Assembly: GCF_035627495.1 (NCBI RefSeq)
Contig: NZ_DASPLO010000012.1
Span: 591-64,590 of the forward strand
Origin: Methylocaldum sp.
GTDB lineage: Bacteria; Pseudomonadota; Gammaproteobacteria; Methylococcales; Methylococcaceae
DNA: 64,000 nt
Direction: 5' to 3'
In this document: in pieces, positions 44,235-55,634 of the stretch
Numbering within the stretch: the stretch's first letter is position 1
How the letters are laid out: each line of letters begins with the position of its first letter
Translations under genes and position numbers: made by a program
Notes under the pieces: model-generated
Database searches by the model: none
Told to the model about the DNA's origin: nothing
Seen by the model: only the letters and a program-made list of their open reading frames with translations

Positions 44235-45626
44235 TCAGGTCTTTTTCTTGTGCCTGATCAGGCGCCGGCGCTTTCGGACCTGCCGGGCGGTCAGCTCGTT
44301 GCGCTTGCCCTTGAACGGATTCTCGCTGCTCTTGAATTCGAGCTTGATCGGCGTTCCCTGGATGTCCAAGGCATCCCGAAAGGTGTTGATCAGATAGCGT
44401 TTGTACGCGCCCGGAACTTCTTCCGTCTGGTTGCCGTGGATCACGATGACCGGCGGGTTCTGACCGCCCTGATGGGCGTATTTGAGCTTGATGCGACGGC
44501 CCCGGACCAAGGGAGGTTGGTGGGCGACCAAGGCATCCTGAAGGATTTTGGTTAGCCGCGAAGCGGACAAATCCCGCATCGAGGCATCGTAAATGGATTC
44601 GACCGTATCGAGCAGATTGCCCACACCGGTACCGTGCAGGGCGGAGATGTAATGTTTCTCCGCAAAATCGAGAAACGGCAGTTTCAAATCGATCTGGCGG
44701 CGGATTTGATCCTTCTGGTCCGGGCTCAGTCCATCCCATTTATTCAGGCCGATGATGAGCCCGCGGCCGATTTCCAGAACCATTCCCAAAAGATTCGCGT
44801 CCTGGTCGGTCACCCCCTCGCGGGCATCGATCAGGAAGATCACCACGTGGGCCTTTTCGATGGCTTGAAGGGCTTTGATGACGCTGAATTTTTCGATGGT
44901 TTCCGAAACTTTCCCGCGGCGGCGGATTCCGGCCGTATCGATCAGGGTATAGGCTTTGCCATGACGCTCGAAGGGGATGTAGACGCTATCCCGCGTGGTT
45001 CCGGGCTGGTCGTAAACGACCATCCGATTCTCGCCCAGAATGCGGTTCACCAAGGTGGATTTACCCACATTGGGGCGTCCCACCACGGCAATGCGGATGC
45101 CCGGCGATTCTTCCATGGATTCAGGCTCTTCCGGAGTCGGCAATCTTGCTTCCAGCTCGTCCAGCAGCGTGTCGATTCCGAGGGCATGGGAAGCCGAGAT
45201 GGGATGTGGTTCACCGAGGCCAAGCGCGAAGAACTCGCCCGCCACTACGGCCAAATCCGCCCGGTCGATCTTGTTTACCACCAGAAAAACGGGTTTCCCG
45301 GTCTTGCGCAAGCGTTCGGCTATGGCTTCGTCGCCGGCATTGAGGCCGTGCCGGGCGTCGACCAGCAACAGGATCAGGTCCGCTTCTTCCAACGCGTAAC
45401 TCACCTGCCGCATCGCCTGCTCGTCGATGCCGGCGTCGGTCTCGACGATACCGCCGGTGTCGACCACGAAATAATCCCGCTGACCGCGTCTTACCCGGCC
45501 GTACTGCCGGTCGCGGGTCAAACCCGGAAAATCGGCGACGAGTGCGTCGCGGGTCCTGGTCAGATAATTGAATAAGGTGGACTTGCCTACATTAGGGCGG
45601 CCCACCAGGGCGACCACGGGCAACAT
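44235..45626 (-). CDS. der: ribosome-associated GTPase Der/EngA
   Basis: Two GTPase domains: [20 protein letters not shown], and [22 protein letters not shown]-like C-terminus. Confidence 0.95.
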   Translation of the reverse strand: MLPVVALVGRPNVGKSTLFNYLTRTRDALVADFPGLTRDRQYGRVRRGQRDYFVVDTGGIVETDAGIDEQAMRQVSYALEEADLILLLVDARHGLNAGDEAIAERLRKTGKPVFLVVNKIDRADLAVVAGEFFALGLGEPHPISASHALGIDTLLDELEARLPTPEEPESMEESPGIRIAVVGRPNVGKSTLVNRILGENRMVVYDQPGTTRDSVYIPFERHGKAYTLIDTAGIRRRGKVSETIEKFSVIKALQAIEKAHVVIFLIDAREGVTDQDANLLGMVLEIGRGLIIGLNKWDGLSPDQKDQIRRQIDLKLPFLDFAEKHYISALHGTGVGNLLDTVESIYDASMRDLSASRLTKILQDALVAHQPPLVRGRRIKLKYAHQGGQNPPVIVIHGNQTEEVPGAYKRYLINTFRDALDIQGTPIKLEFKSSENPFKGKRNELTARQVRKRRRLIRHKKKT

Positions 45627-45629
45627 GGG

Positions 45630-46859
45630 CTACTCCAATCGCAAACGGTCATCCGGGGAGCGCCCGGATGACCCTTCCACCGCAACGGCGGCCACGGTGC
45701 CGCCGCTGGTATAAACGTAGATGACGTCGTCGAACACGACGGGCGCCGCCTCGATAGGATTCTTGTCGACTCTCACCCGCCCCACCAGGCTACCGTCTTC
45801 CTGGGAGAGCAGATGGAGATAACCTTCTAAATCGCCGACCACCACGTAATCCTTGACCAAAACCGGAGTCGTCAGACGCCGCTGGTGTAACTCGTCCTGC
45901 TTCCACAGATCGGCGCCGCTGCGTATGTCCAGTTGCCACACGTCGCTGCTGGCGTCGGTCACAAACAGGGTGCGGCGAGCCGCCGCCATACCGGCGTAAG
46001 AAGAAAGCTCGGTTCGGCGCCACTGCACCTCGCCGTCCCTTAACGATACTGCGGCCACGCCGCCTTGATAACCAGTCACGTAGATTGTGTCTCCCTTCAC
46101 TATTGGATCGGAATCCATGTCGACCAAGCGCTCTATTTCGGAGCGGCCGTGAGGCAAGGCGACGGTCGCTTCCCACTCGGGTTTGCCGTCCGAGAGGCTC
46201 AGGGTGATCAGTTTGCCGCTGCCATAACCGTCCAGCACCAAATCGTCTGCAATCGTCGGCGAACCTCGGCTGCGAATCGAAAGCGCCGGTATCGTGCGGT
46301 CATGATACCAGCGTGTCGCACCGGTTTTTTCATCGAGCGCGGTGATGCGTCCGTCGCTGCTCCGCACCACCACCGTGTCGCCCTCGACGCGCGGCAAGGC
46401 GAGAATCTCGCTGGACACGTTAGTCTTCCAGAGAATCGAACCGTCGCCGTCACTCAGAGCGACCACCTCGGCGTTGCTGGTGCCGAGTATGAGCTTGCTC
46501 TCACCGGCCACGGGTCCGGCGGAAACGGGCAGCTCGATATCCACTGACCACAGCTTGTCGCCGTTGAGGCGACTGCGGGCCTGTACTTTGCCTTTACGGT
46601 CGGCAGCGAAAACCTTGTCTTCGGTGACGGCGGGAACCAAGTTGACGTACTGCTTGGCATAGCCTTTACCCACCGAGGCGTCCCAAAGCACCGTCATCTT
46701 AACCGCCGGCTCGAAATCTTCGAGTTCCGCGGGAGGGTCGACATTGTCCGAACTGCCGAAATACTCTCCGATACCGGAAGCCGCCTCTTTCAGGGCGCCC
46801 AGACCGCTACAGCCCGTCAGCAGCAAGCTGTACAAGAACAAAATAAGAAAACGACGCAT
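45630..46859 (-). CDS. bamB: outer-membrane assembly lipoprotein BamB
   Basis: Lipobox LLLTGCSG and repeated PQQ-like beta-propeller blades. Conserved position between yfgM and der. Confidence 0.85.
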   Translation of the reverse strand: MRRFLILFLYSLLLTGCSGLGALKEAASGIGEYFGSSDNVDPPAELEDFEPAVKMTVLWDASVGKGYAKQYVNLVPAVTEDKVFAADRKGKVQARSRLNGDKLWSVDIELPVSAGPVAGESKLILGTSNAEVVALSDGDGSILWKTNVSSEILALPRVEGDTVVVRSSDGRITALDEKTGATRWYHDRTIPALSIRSRGSPTIADDLVLDGYGSGKLITLSLSDGKPEWEATVALPHGRSEIERLVDMDSDPIVKGDTIYVTGYQGGVAAVSLRDGEVQWRRTELSSYAGMAAARRTLFVTDASSDVWQLDIRSGADLWKQDELHQRRLTTPVLVKDYVVVGDLEGYLHLLSQEDGSLVGRVRVDKNPIEAAPVVFDDVIYVYTSGGTVAAVAVEGSSGRSPDDRLRLE

Positions 46860-47506
46860 CAGGGCCCAGCAGGTTTCGGCGCGGTCGGCAAATCGTTGAG
46901 CTTCAGCTCCAGCAGCGGGGAGGGTTCACCGAATTGTTTCGCCGTTTCGTAAGCCTTGCGGGCTTCATCCGGCCGATTGGCGGCGGCGTACAAATCGCCT
47001 TTGAGCTCTTCGTAGAGTCCCGCAAATTTGCCCATCTGCTCCGAGGTCAGGGGTTCCAGCATGCCCAGCGCCGGGCCGATTTCGCCCGAAGCCAGCATCA
47101 CCTGCCCGAGACGAAGCCTTGCGATATGCTTGAAATTTTCGTCCTTGGTTTTGGCGAGGGTTTCTTCCAGGATCGTCTTCGCGCCGGCCAAATCGTTGGA
47201 GTCGACCTTGAGCTTGGCGAGCAGCAACCGGGCGTAATCGGCATACGTGGTCGACGGATACGTGGCAACGACCCGCTCGCCCAATTTGATTGCCGGTTCG
47301 GTTTGCTTGGTTTCGGCCGCCTTCAGCATCTGCTGATAAAGATTGGACGCCTGCTCCTGCTGGGTCCGGACATTGCCTTGCCACATGTTCCAACCGATGA
47401 TAACCGCGACACCCAGCAGAACACCGAGAATTAGCGATTGCCGATTTTCTTTCCACCACCGCTGGAGCGCTTCTAACCGCTCTTCTTCCGTCAAATAAGC
47501 TTCCAC
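46859..47506 (-). CDS. yfgM: YfgM-family membrane-anchored TPR-like protein
   Basis: EEERLEALQRWWKENRQSLILGVLLGVAVIIGWNMWQ anchor plus a helical repeat body. Synteny hisS-yfgM-bamB. Confidence 0.7.
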   Translation of the reverse strand: MEAYLTEEERLEALQRWWKENRQSLILGVLLGVAVIIGWNMWQGNVRTQQEQASNLYQQMLKAAETKQTEPAIKLGERVVATYPSTTYADYARLLLAKLKVDSNDLAGAKTILEETLAKTKDENFKHIARLRLGQVMLASGEIGPALGMLEPLTSEQMGKFAGLYEELKGDLYAAANRPDEARKAYETAKQFGEPSPLLELKLNDLPTAPKPAGP

Positions 47507-47521
47507 TCGAACCTCGTCGCG

Positions 47522-48790
47522 TTAAATGAGTGTTTGCAAAAAAGGGATCAATTCGGATTGCGAAAGAGTCGCCTGATCGGCGTCCGTGCGTAAGTGCTTG
47601 ATGCCGATCAGCTGATCTCGCGCCTCATCGTCGCCCATGATCAATGCCAGAGCGGCGCCGCTTTTGTCCGCCCGCTTGAACTGGCTTTTAAAACTGCCGC
47701 CCCCGCAGTTCACCAGGAGCCTCAAGCCCGGCAGAGCATCGCGCAAAGTCTCGGCCAGCAAGGCTCCCCGCCGTTCGGCGTGCTCACCCACGCGGATCAG
47801 ATAGGCGTGGGGATGCGCCGCGGCATCAAGCTTTTCGGGGGCATCGAGGAGCTCGATCAGCCGCTCAACTCCGAGGGCAAACCCGATCGCGGAGGAGGCT
47901 TTGCCACCCAGCTGTTCGATCAGACCGTCGTAACGCCCACCGGCGCAGACCGTACCCTGAGCCCCCAGCTCGTGAGTCACCCATTCGAAAACCGTCCGCG
48001 AATAATAATCGAGACCACGCACCAGCCGGGGGTTCACCGAGTATGCGATGCCGGCCTCGTCGAGAAGCTCCTTCAGCCGTTGAAAGTGAACTCTGGATTC
48101 CTCGCCCAGTTCATCCGCCAAAATCGGAGCCGCCTGAATCAGCTCGTGCATGGCGGGATTTTTGGTGTCAAGAATACGCAAAGGGTTGGATTCCAAGCGT
48201 CTCTGGCTGTCTTCGTCCAGCTGCCCGTAGTGCGCGCGGAAGAACTCCACCAGCTTGGCGCGATACACGTGCCGCTCTTCGGCCGTGCCCAGGGTGTTGA
48301 TCTGCAATTCGAGCTTGTGCGCGATCCCCAGTTCCCGCCACAACCGGAAGCTCAGCAAAATCAGCTCGGCATCAATGTCGGGACTCGCCATGCCGTAAGT
48401 TTCAACACCAACTTGGTGGAATTGGCGGTAGCGGCCCTTCTGCGGGCGCTCGTGCCGAAACATCGGCCCTGCATACCACAACCGGCTCACCTGGTTATGC
48501 AGCAGGCCGTGCTCCATGCAAGCTCGTAAGCAGCCCGCCGTACCTTCCGGACGCAAGGTCAAAGAATCGCCGTTGCGGTCCTCGAAGGTATACATTTCCT
48601 TTTCGACGATGTCCGTGACCTCGCCGATGGAGCGTTTGAACAGCTCGGTCTTTTCCACCAGCGGCAGACGGATTTCCTGATAGCCGTAGCTCGCCATGAC
48701 GCGGCGCACGACCGACTCGACATGCTGCCAGCGCGGCGCGTGATCCGGCAAAATGTCGTGCATACCGCGAACGGCCTGAATTTTTTCCAT
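47522..48790 (-). CDS. hisS: histidine--tRNA ligase
   Basis: Class II motifs: [32 protein letters not shown], and GGGRYDGL-type (CAGGRYDGL). Confidence 0.95.
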   Translation of the reverse strand: MEKIQAVRGMHDILPDHAPRWQHVESVVRRVMASYGYQEIRLPLVEKTELFKRSIGEVTDIVEKEMYTFEDRNGDSLTLRPEGTAGCLRACMEHGLLHNQVSRLWYAGPMFRHERPQKGRYRQFHQVGVETYGMASPDIDAELILLSFRLWRELGIAHKLELQINTLGTAEERHVYRAKLVEFFRAHYGQLDEDSQRRLESNPLRILDTKNPAMHELIQAAPILADELGEESRVHFQRLKELLDEAGIAYSVNPRLVRGLDYYSRTVFEWVTHELGAQGTVCAGGRYDGLIEQLGGKASSAIGFALGVERLIELLDAPEKLDAAAHPHAYLIRVGEHAERRGALLAETLRDALPGLRLLVNCGGGSFKSQFKRADKSGAALALIMGDDEARDQLIGIKHLRTDADQATLSQSELIPFLQTLI

Positions 48791-48829
48791 GATCGAAAGG
48801 TATGTCGTGGGGTTGTTTAACAGCGGGAA

Positions 48830-49600
48830 TCAATCCACGGTGGCGTAGCGCTTGGCCTGCACGGCCTCCTTGCTGCCGGGAAACCGGGTCCGCAAAGTCT
48901 TCGCATATTCTTTGGCCGTTCGGAAATTGCCGAGCGCCGCTTCGGTCTCCATGCCGACCCATAGCGATCTCGGGTCCGGCGCCGCCACGGCATGGTAGCG
49001 CTCCAAAAAAGCGCGCGCGGACATGTGTTGACCGGTCTCGCGGCTTAGCTCAGCCATCTCGAGCAGGGCCGGCGGGAAACGGGAGTCATATTCCAGCGCC
49101 TGACGCAGATATTGCTCGGCGTCCGCCTTTTTACCCGCCGACCGGGCGCAAAGCCCGGCATTGGTGAGCGCAATCCAGGGCGAGTTATAGAGCTTCGAAC
49201 CGATAACCGTCTGGAACTGGCTCATGGCCTCGGCATACTGGCCCTGGGCACACAAAAAACGGCCGTAATTGTTGCGGACGCCGAAGTTATCGGAGTTTGC
49301 CGATAACGCCTTCTTGAACTGTTGTTCGGCGTCGGCCGGCTGATCCAGCCGCTGATAGAGCACCGCCAGCGCGTTGTAGGCCTCGCTGTTTCGTCCATCC
49401 AGCTCGGTGGCCCGCGTCAGATCCTGCAAGGCAACCTGGTAGTTGCCCGCCTCCATGTATTGAACGCCCTTCTGGACGTAGACCTCGGATTCGCTGAGCG
49501 AGCCGTAGGGGTCGTTAGAGCCGGTATTGCGCGCTTTCGACGCGCTGCAGGCGGCGAGCACCATGCACAATACCAGACAAACCAGAACGCGAAGCTTCAT
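48830..49600 (-). CDS. pilW: type IV pilus biogenesis/stability TPR lipoprotein PilW (PilF)
   Basis: Lipobox VLAACSAS and six TPR-like repeats. Lies between rlmN and hisS. The ATG at 49600 overlaps the rlmN stop. Confidence 0.7.
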   Translation of the reverse strand: MKLRVLVCLVLCMVLAACSASKARNTGSNDPYGSLSESEVYVQKGVQYMEAGNYQVALQDLTRATELDGRNSEAYNALAVLYQRLDQPADAEQQFKKALSANSDNFGVRNNYGRFLCAQGQYAEAMSQFQTVIGSKLYNSPWIALTNAGLCARSAGKKADAEQYLRQALEYDSRFPPALLEMAELSRETGQHMSARAFLERYHAVAAPDPRSLWVGMETEAALGNFRTAKEYAKTLRTRFPGSKEAVQAKRYATVD

Positions 49601-50697
49601 GACTGTGCAACCTGTAACCGGTGATGCCGACGCGTGCGATCGTTCACCCGTCCGACCAATTGCCCGCAGGCCGCGTCGATATCGCCGCCACGGGTCTTGC
49701 GAGTAGTGGTGGTCAATCCGGCGACGTGCAGCATCTCGCTGAACCGGCGTATGGTTTCGGGGCTGGAGCACCGGTAGTTGGAGCCGGGAAACGGGTTAAA
49801 CGGAATCAGGTTGACCTTGGATGGCACATGGCTCAACAGCCGAATCAAAGCCTTGGCATGTGCGGGCGTGTCGTTGATGCCATCCAGCATCACGTATTCG
49901 AACGTCACCTTGCGGCGGTTTTCGCGGCCCACGTAGCGCTTGCAGGCCGCCAGGAGCTCCTTGATCGGGTATTTCCGGTTGATCGGCACCAGTTCGTTGC
50001 GCAATTCGTCGTCCGGCGCGTGCAGCGAAACGGCCAGGCTGATGTCGGTCACTTCGGCAAGCCTGTCCAAGGCCGGAACTATACCTGAGGTGCTGAGCGT
50101 CACCCGCCGCTTGGAGAGCCCGTAGGCGAAGTCGTCCAGCATCAAATTGGTGGCAGCGACCACGTTGTTGAAGTTGAGCAAGGGCTCGCCCATGCCCATG
50201 AGCACCACGTTGGTCACCCGGTCTTCGCCGAGTTCGCGCCGGGCCACCCAAAGCTGGCTGATGATTTCGGCAGCGCTCAGGTTGCGATTGAAACCTTGTT
50301 TCGCCGTAGAGCAAAACGAACATTCCAGGGCGCAACCCACCTGGGACGAAATGCATAAGGTGCCGCGGCCATCCTCGGGAATGAATACCGTCTCGATGCG
50401 ATTCTGCTCATCCAGTCGCAGCAGCCACTTGCGAGTGCCGTCCGAGGATTTTTGCGCGTAGACGATCTCCGGCACCCGAATTTCGCAACGCTCGGCCAGC
50501 TGCGTACGCAGCGACTTGCTCAGGTTGGTCATCGCCGAAAGGTCGTCGACGCCGCGCTGATGTATCCATTGCAGCAGTTGCGTCGCACGAAAAGGCTTTT
50601 CCCCGATCTCGACGAAGAAGGCTTCCATTGCCTTCCGGTCGAGGCCGAGAAGATTCAGCTTTTCGCTGGAATTAGCGGGTACGGGGGCAGAGCTCAT
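49597..50697 (-). CDS. rlmN: 23S rRNA/tRNA m2A methyltransferase RlmN (radical SAM)
   Basis: [11 protein letters not shown], the radical-SAM cluster motif [10 protein letters not shown], and the C-terminal [11 protein letters not shown]. Confidence 0.9.
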   Translation of the reverse strand: MSSAPVPANSSEKLNLLGLDRKAMEAFFVEIGEKPFRATQLLQWIHQRGVDDLSAMTNLSKSLRTQLAERCEIRVPEIVYAQKSSDGTRKWLLRLDEQNRIETVFIPEDGRGTLCISSQVGCALECSFCSTAKQGFNRNLSAAEIISQLWVARRELGEDRVTNVVLMGMGEPLLNFNNVVAATNLMLDDFAYGLSKRRVTLSTSGIVPALDRLAEVTDISLAVSLHAPDDELRNELVPINRKYPIKELLAACKRYVGRENRRKVTFEYVMLDGINDTPAHAKALIRLLSHVPSKVNLIPFNPFPGSNYRCSSPETIRRFSEMLHVAGLTTTTRKTRGGDIDAACGQLVGRVNDRTRRHHRLQVAQS

Positions 50698-51103
50698 TCT
50701 CTTTGAAGAAAAATGCGATTTCCTGTGCCGCCGTATCCGGTCCGTCGGAACCGTGCACCGCATTTTCGTCGATGCTGACGGCAAAATCGGCACGGATGGT
50801 GCCGGGTGCGGCTTCCTTAGGATTGGTGGCGCCCATGATGTCACGGTTCTTGGCAATAGCGTTTTCGCCTTCGAGCACCTGCACCATCACGGGCCCGGTG
50901 ATCATGAAGCTCACCAGATCGTTAAAGAACGGCCTTGCTTTGTGAACGGCATAAAATCCTTCCGCTTGCTCGCGGGAAAGATGCAGCATTTTAGCCGCGA
51001 CAATTTTAAGCCCCGCTTTTTCGAAGCGGCTGTAAATCTCGCCGATCACGTTCTTGGCTACAGCGTCGGGTTTGATGATGGACAAGGTGCGTTCGACCGC
51101 CAT
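50672..51103 (-). CDS. ndk: nucleoside-diphosphate kinase
   Basis: [12 protein letters not shown], and NAVHGSD with the active-site His. Confidence 0.95.
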   Translation of the reverse strand: MAVERTLSIIKPDAVAKNVIGEIYSRFEKAGLKIVAAKMLHLSREQAEGFYAVHKARPFFNDLVSFMITGPVMVQVLEGENAIAKNRDIMGATNPKEAAPGTIRADFAVSIDENAVHGSDGPDTAAQEIAFFFKENELCPRTR

Positions 51104-51319
51104 GGGATCTCCTTGATTCGGATTCGCCGGTGTTGTGTAGTGAATGAAAGCCGAGCGCTCTCGGCTTTCGGAAAAAATGCTTGCCGCCCAAATACGGGCA
51201 GATAAAACACCGGGATTCTACTGGAAATTTCAGCCGATGATAAGAAATACCCAACCTAGAAGCTGTTTTCAAGCACCAGGGGCATTGCCATGGCGGCGCA
51301 CAGCAGGCTGAAGACCGTT

Positions 51320-51643
51320 CTAGACGGCGAAACTCTCCCCGCAACCGCAAGTGGCTTTAACATTGGGATTGTCGAACCGAAACGCTTCGTTGATGCCTTC
51401 CCGGCGATAATCCACCTGAATGCCTTCCAGATAGGCCAGATCGCTATCTCTAACGATGACTTTCACGCCATGCTGTTCGAATACGGCATCGTCCGATTCG
51501 ACCGCGTCTGCATAATCGACCACGTAGGCAAAGCCCGTGCAGCCGGATTTTTTCACGCCGAGCCTGAGCCCTACTCCCTTGCCGCGTTTTTGCAGTTGTT
51601 TGGCGATCTGCTGCGCCGCTTTTTCGGTTAACGTAACGGACAT
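51320..51643 (-). CDS. iscA: IscA/HesB-family Fe-S cluster insertion protein
   Basis: GLRLGVKKSGCTGFAY and the C-terminal CGCGESF. Confidence 0.8.
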   Translation of the reverse strand: MSVTLTEKAAQQIAKQLQKRGKGVGLRLGVKKSGCTGFAYVVDYADAVESDDAVFEQHGVKVIVRDSDLAYLEGIQVDYRREGINEAFRFDNPNVKATCGCGESFAV

Positions 51644-51764
51644 AAGCTATCTCTCGAATCGCTGGTTCAAAAAACTTGCAGGCGCTTAAAGCATGCTCTT
51701 AGAGGCTGGTTTCAGACATCATGAGCAACGCCGGCAGGCGGTGCGTGAGCTTGAAGACAGCTTC

Positions 51765-52925
51765 TTAGACAATCGGCATCGCCGGTGTTGCGCCCCGGCT
51801 TTCAGGAATGGGTACGCGGACGACCTTTTTCAAGGCCTCCAGAAAACGGTCGGCCTCCGCCTCGGTGTTGCCCTTGCCGAAGCTCGCGCGAATCGCGCTT
51901 TTGGCAATCACAGGGTCGACTCCCATGGCTATGAGTACCGGGCTGGGCTCGCCCGCACCGCTGGCGCACGCGGAACCGCTGGACAACGCGAAGCCTTGCC
52001 GGTCCAGACTCATAACCAGCGCCTCGCCATCGTAGCCGGCCACGCCGAACTGCACGGTATTGGGTAGCCGCTCCACATGCTCGGCGAACAAGGTCGCACC
52101 GGGCATAGCCTTCAGCCCGGCTTCCAGCCGCTTGCGGAGGCCGAGCAGATGAGCCTGTCTTTCCGCCAATTCGGACAACGCCAACTCCGCCGCTTTACCG
52201 AAACCGACGATAGCCGCCACGTTCTCGGTGCCGCCGCGCAGCCCTTGCTCCTGTCCGCCGCCATGCAACAAGGGTTCGATCGTGACGGTTTTGTCGAGGA
52301 TCAGCGCGCCCACGCCTTTGGGACCATAAATCTTGTGTCCCGAGAGGGACATCGCATGCGCGCCGCTAGCTTTGAAGTCGACCGGAACCTTGCCCGCCGC
52401 CTGCACCGCATCGCAATGAAAAACAACGCCGCGCTCGCGAAGCAAGCCGACAATCGGCGCGATATCCTGTATCACGCCGGTTTCATTGTTCGCCATCATG
52501 AGCGTGACGAATCGGAGATCACCAACCGGCAAAGACTCTACGAAAGAGGGATCGGCCACGCCGTCCCGATTCACCGGGATCGTCGCCACCCGCCAGCCTC
52601 TTGGCTTTAAAAATTCCAGCGGCTCCAAAACCGACGGATGCTCGGTGGCGCCTGCGGCGATCAGTCCCGGCTCGCGGGAAAAAGCCAGGCCCTTCAAAGC
52701 CAAGTTGTTGGCCTCTGTCCCGCCGCTGGTAAAAACAATCTCGGACGGATGCGCGCCAACCAAGGCAGCAACCTGTTCCCGCGCCGTATCGACCGCGCCG
52801 CGGCAGACCCGTCCCATGCGGTATAGGCTGGAGGGATTGCCGTAAAAGGCGCTCAGATAGGGCGCCATTGCGTCCAAGACGCGCTCATCCAGCGGTGTGG
52901 TCGCATTGTGATCGAAATAGATCAT
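51765..52925 (-). CDS. iscS: cysteine desulfurase (IscS/NifS type)
   Basis: MIYFDHNATTP, PLP-Lys SLSGHKIYGPKG, and active-site SSGSACAS. Confidence 0.85.
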   Translation of the reverse strand: MIYFDHNATTPLDERVLDAMAPYLSAFYGNPSSLYRMGRVCRGAVDTAREQVAALVGAHPSEIVFTSGGTEANNLALKGLAFSREPGLIAAGATEHPSVLEPLEFLKPRGWRVATIPVNRDGVADPSFVESLPVGDLRFVTLMMANNETGVIQDIAPIVGLLRERGVVFHCDAVQAAGKVPVDFKASGAHAMSLSGHKIYGPKGVGALILDKTVTIEPLLHGGGQEQGLRGGTENVAAIVGFGKAAELALSELAERQAHLLGLRKRLEAGLKAMPGATLFAEHVERLPNTVQFGVAGYDGEALVMSLDRQGFALSSGSACASGAGEPSPVLIAMGVDPVIAKSAIRASFGKGNTEAEADRFLEALKKVVRVPIPESRGATPAMPIV

Positions 52926-52937
52926 TTCGGCAGAACG

Positions 52938-53426
52938 CTAAAGCCGCGTTTCCCGGCGCAACAGAATATCGATGCCTTGGACGCCGGTGGCCTGCTTGTC
53001 CTGACGCTCGGCGACCTGGCGAACGCTCTTGCGCTGCAGGACGTCTTGCAGACTGATGGATGCCAGATAGCCGCGGATTTGATCGCTCAGCCCCATCCAC
53101 AGATCGTGGGTTAGGCAGGGCTGGTTGTTTTGACAGTTGGCCTTGCCGCCGCAGCGCGTCGAGTCGATGGCTTCGTCGACCGCGACAATGATGTCGGCGA
53201 TGCTGATTTGGCTGGCATCGCGGCTCAATTGATAGCCGCCACCGGGCCCTCGCACCCCCTCAACCATTCCCGCCCGACGCAAACGCGCGAACAATTGCTC
53301 CAGGTAAGACAACGAGATGTGTTGTCGCTTGGCGATATCGGTCAACGTCACCGGCCTTTTTTCGCTATGATAGGCCAGATCCAGCATGGCGGTGACGGCG
53401 TAGCGGCCTTTCGTCGTTAAGCGCAC
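52938..53426 (-). CDS. iscR: Rrf2-family regulator IscR
   Basis: MRLTTKGRYAVTAMLDLA, ISLSYLEQLFARLRRAG, and a Cys cluster (C..C.....C: TRCGGKANCQNNQPC). Confidence 0.85.
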   Translation of the reverse strand: MRLTTKGRYAVTAMLDLAYHSEKRPVTLTDIAKRQHISLSYLEQLFARLRRAGMVEGVRGPGGGYQLSRDASQISIADIIVAVDEAIDSTRCGGKANCQNNQPCLTHDLWMGLSDQIRGYLASISLQDVLQRKSVRQVAERQDKQATGVQGIDILLRRETRL

Positions 53427-53679
53427 GGAATGACTCCCGAAATTTCACACTAATATCGTGGGAATTCAGGTTCACATATCCTAGAAAAATAGTCAATTAT
53501 TCGGGCATCATTTCGTTTTTTCTGTCAAGACGAATCGGTGCTTTTCTATCTCGCTTCGCGGGGCCATCAGCCATAACGGGGTTAAAAAACAGATAGCGCC
53601 GCTCTCGTCAATGCTGAACCAACCCGAAAAAACGCCCTAGACACCGGCACAAAAGCCGCAAGATTGAATCGGCGCGAAG

Positions 53680-54294
53680 TCAGGCCAAAAGGCCGGCAAT
53701 CAAGTCTTTATATTTCTCGGACTGCCGCCCCGTCTTGAGCCGGCTGATAACCACCACGTTGCGCAGTTCCGCAAGCGCCTGATCGAAGTCGTCGTTCACG
53801 ATGAGATAGTCGTATTCGCCGTAGTGGGACATTTCCGAGATGGCGTCGCGCATACGGCGGGCAATGGTGTCCGGATCGTCCTGACCGCGGGCTTTGAGCC
53901 GCTCCTCCAGCGTGCTGCGCGAAGGCGGCAGGATGAAGACCGAGACGCAACCGGGCATCAGGCTCCGGATTTGCCGGGCGCCTTGCCAGTCGATTTCGAG
54001 CAGCACGTCCTGCCCTTCGGATAAGGCTTTTTCCACCGTGGTCCGAGCCGTGCCGTAATAATTGTCGAACACCCTGGCGTGCTCCAGAAATCCGCCCGCC
54101 TCGATCATCCTTTCGAATTCGGCACGGCTCACGAAGAAATAATCCTGACCGTGCACCTCGCCCGGACGCTGCGCTCGTGTCGTATGCGACACCGACACCG
54201 TGAAACCGTCGAGGCTTTCCCGCAAGGCCCTGACCAAGCTGGTTTTTCCCGCCCCGGATGGAGCCGAAACGATGAACAGCGTGCCGATACTCAT
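53680..54294 (-). CDS. gmk: guanylate kinase
   Basis: P-loop SAPSGAGKTSL, SHTTRAQRPGEVHGQDYFF, EIDWQGA. Confidence 0.95.
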   Translation of the reverse strand: MSIGTLFIVSAPSGAGKTSLVRALRESLDGFTVSVSHTTRAQRPGEVHGQDYFFVSRAEFERMIEAGGFLEHARVFDNYYGTARTTVEKALSEGQDVLLEIDWQGARQIRSLMPGCVSVFILPPSRSTLEERLKARGQDDPDTIARRMRDAISEMSHYGEYDYLIVNDDFDQALAELRNVVVISRLKTGRQSEKYKDLIAGLLA

Positions 54295-54466
54295 GTGCCT
54301 TCGAAATGATCCGGATTGGTTTTAAGAATTACTTGATGGATTACGGCTCCGGGCGAGCCCACGATTACAGTGGCGGCTCCAATCGCAAAACGGAGGCGGC
54401 CGAAATCGGGCGTATTGGACTATTAGCTTAACATGTCCGTGCCGGCCGCGAGAGCGGGCGGCACAC

Positions 54467-54868
54467 CTACTGCAGCGTGTAGAGAAAGCTGGCGAGATTC
54501 CGGGCATCCGCTTCGGTAACACCCGTGTTCGGCATGGCCGTCAAAGGATCGACCGAGGGCGGATCTTGAATCCAGCGCATCAGATTCTCCGGGGTGTTGG
54601 TCAGCACGCCGGCGATGTAGACGCGATTGGCGATCCCGCTCAAAGGCGGACCCACCAAGCCGTTCGCGCCTTGGATGCCGGGGATGATATGGCAGGACCC
54701 GCAGCCGTATCGGGAGATGGCCGCTCTCCCTAGTTCGGGATCGCCGCCCGTTACAAATGCCGCCACGGGCTCCTCCCGGCGATCGCAAGCGCCAAAAGAG
54801 GCGGACAAGATCGCAAGTCCGGCAACAAGCACGCTTCTGCGATGCCCGATTTTAATTCCCTTGCTCAT
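54467..54868 (-). CDS. mono-haem c-type cytochrome (exported)
   Basis: Signal/lipobox-like LSASFGAC, haem motif CGSCH, and a distal Met region (LTAMPN). Confidence 0.7.
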   Translation of the reverse strand: MSKGIKIGHRRSVLVAGLAILSASFGACDRREEPVAAFVTGGDPELGRAAISRYGCGSCHIIPGIQGANGLVGPPLSGIANRVYIAGVLTNTPENLMRWIQDPPSVDPLTAMPNTGVTEADARNLASFLYTLQ

Positions 54869-55037
54869 ATCCGCGGTCCTGTCGATTAAGGTTGCGAATC
54901 GAACCCGGTTCTCATTTATCGCAGGGGCTCAAAATGAGTTGCGGTATCCATTGCGCGAGGATGACGAACGGAGCGGCAACCGTCGCGGCTCCGCCCGACA
55001 ACATCCTATGGATCTCATCACGCATTACGAACTGTCC

Positions 55038-55634
55038 TCATAGCCATCGGGGGCCGGAATAAACGACTGCGTAGAGCGGAATCCACGCCAGCACTACGAA
55101 ATACCAGTAGAACGCGTTGTCGCTGACATCGGAGAAACGCCTTCCCTCCAGAGGGCCGGTAAACATCAGCACAGTCAGCACGGCCGCATCGATAGCGAGG
55201 TGAACCGTGTGCAATCCGAGGATGATCCACACGATGGAGCCGTAAGCGTTATTGTCCCAGCGGATGTTCAGCGCCCCGAACTCGAACGCCCGAATGATCA
55301 AAAAGACAATCGCGAACCCCAAACATACCGGCAAACCGATCCGCACCGCCCGAAGGTCGTGGCGTTTGGCGGCCCCGTCCGTCCAATAGTTCGGGACGAG
55401 ACTCACGAGCAGCACCAATGTATTCAGCGTGTCCCACAGCAATTTGGGGGCGGGCAACCCGCCCGGCGGCCATTCGGCCGTGCGCTGCCGGAGATAAAAA
55501 TAACTCGCCAGCACGAGGGCGAACACCGTCCCCTCAATAGCGATGATGCCCAGCGTGCCCCACCACATCAAGCTGCGGCTGCCGAAGACGTAACTCGGCA
55601 ATTGCGAGACATCGATGATCCGATGACTGCTCAC
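55038..55634 (-). CDS. cytochrome c oxidase subunit III-family membrane protein
   Basis: The GTG at 55634 overlaps the upstream stop (GTGA) and follows GGAGA. Motifs MWWGTLGIIAIEGTVFA, AFEFG, and YGSIVWIILGLHTVH. Confidence 0.7.
   Translation of the reverse strand: MSSHRIIDVSQLPSYVFGSRSLMWWGTLGIIAIEGTVFALVLASYFYLRQRTAEWPPGGLPAPKLLWDTLNTLVLLVSLVPNYWTDGAAKRHDLRAVRIGLPVCLGFAIVFLIIRAFEFGALNIRWDNNAYGSIVWIILGLHTVHLAIDAAVLTVLMFTGPLEGRRFSDVSDNAFYWYFVVLAWIPLYAVVYSGPRWL

Noticed and set aside
48790-48830. Absence of rodZ and ispG between pilW and hisS, where they lie in Pseudomonas-type synteny.
   Set aside because: Gene order varies among lineages and the genes may simply be elsewhere. No remnants are visible in the 40-nt gap.
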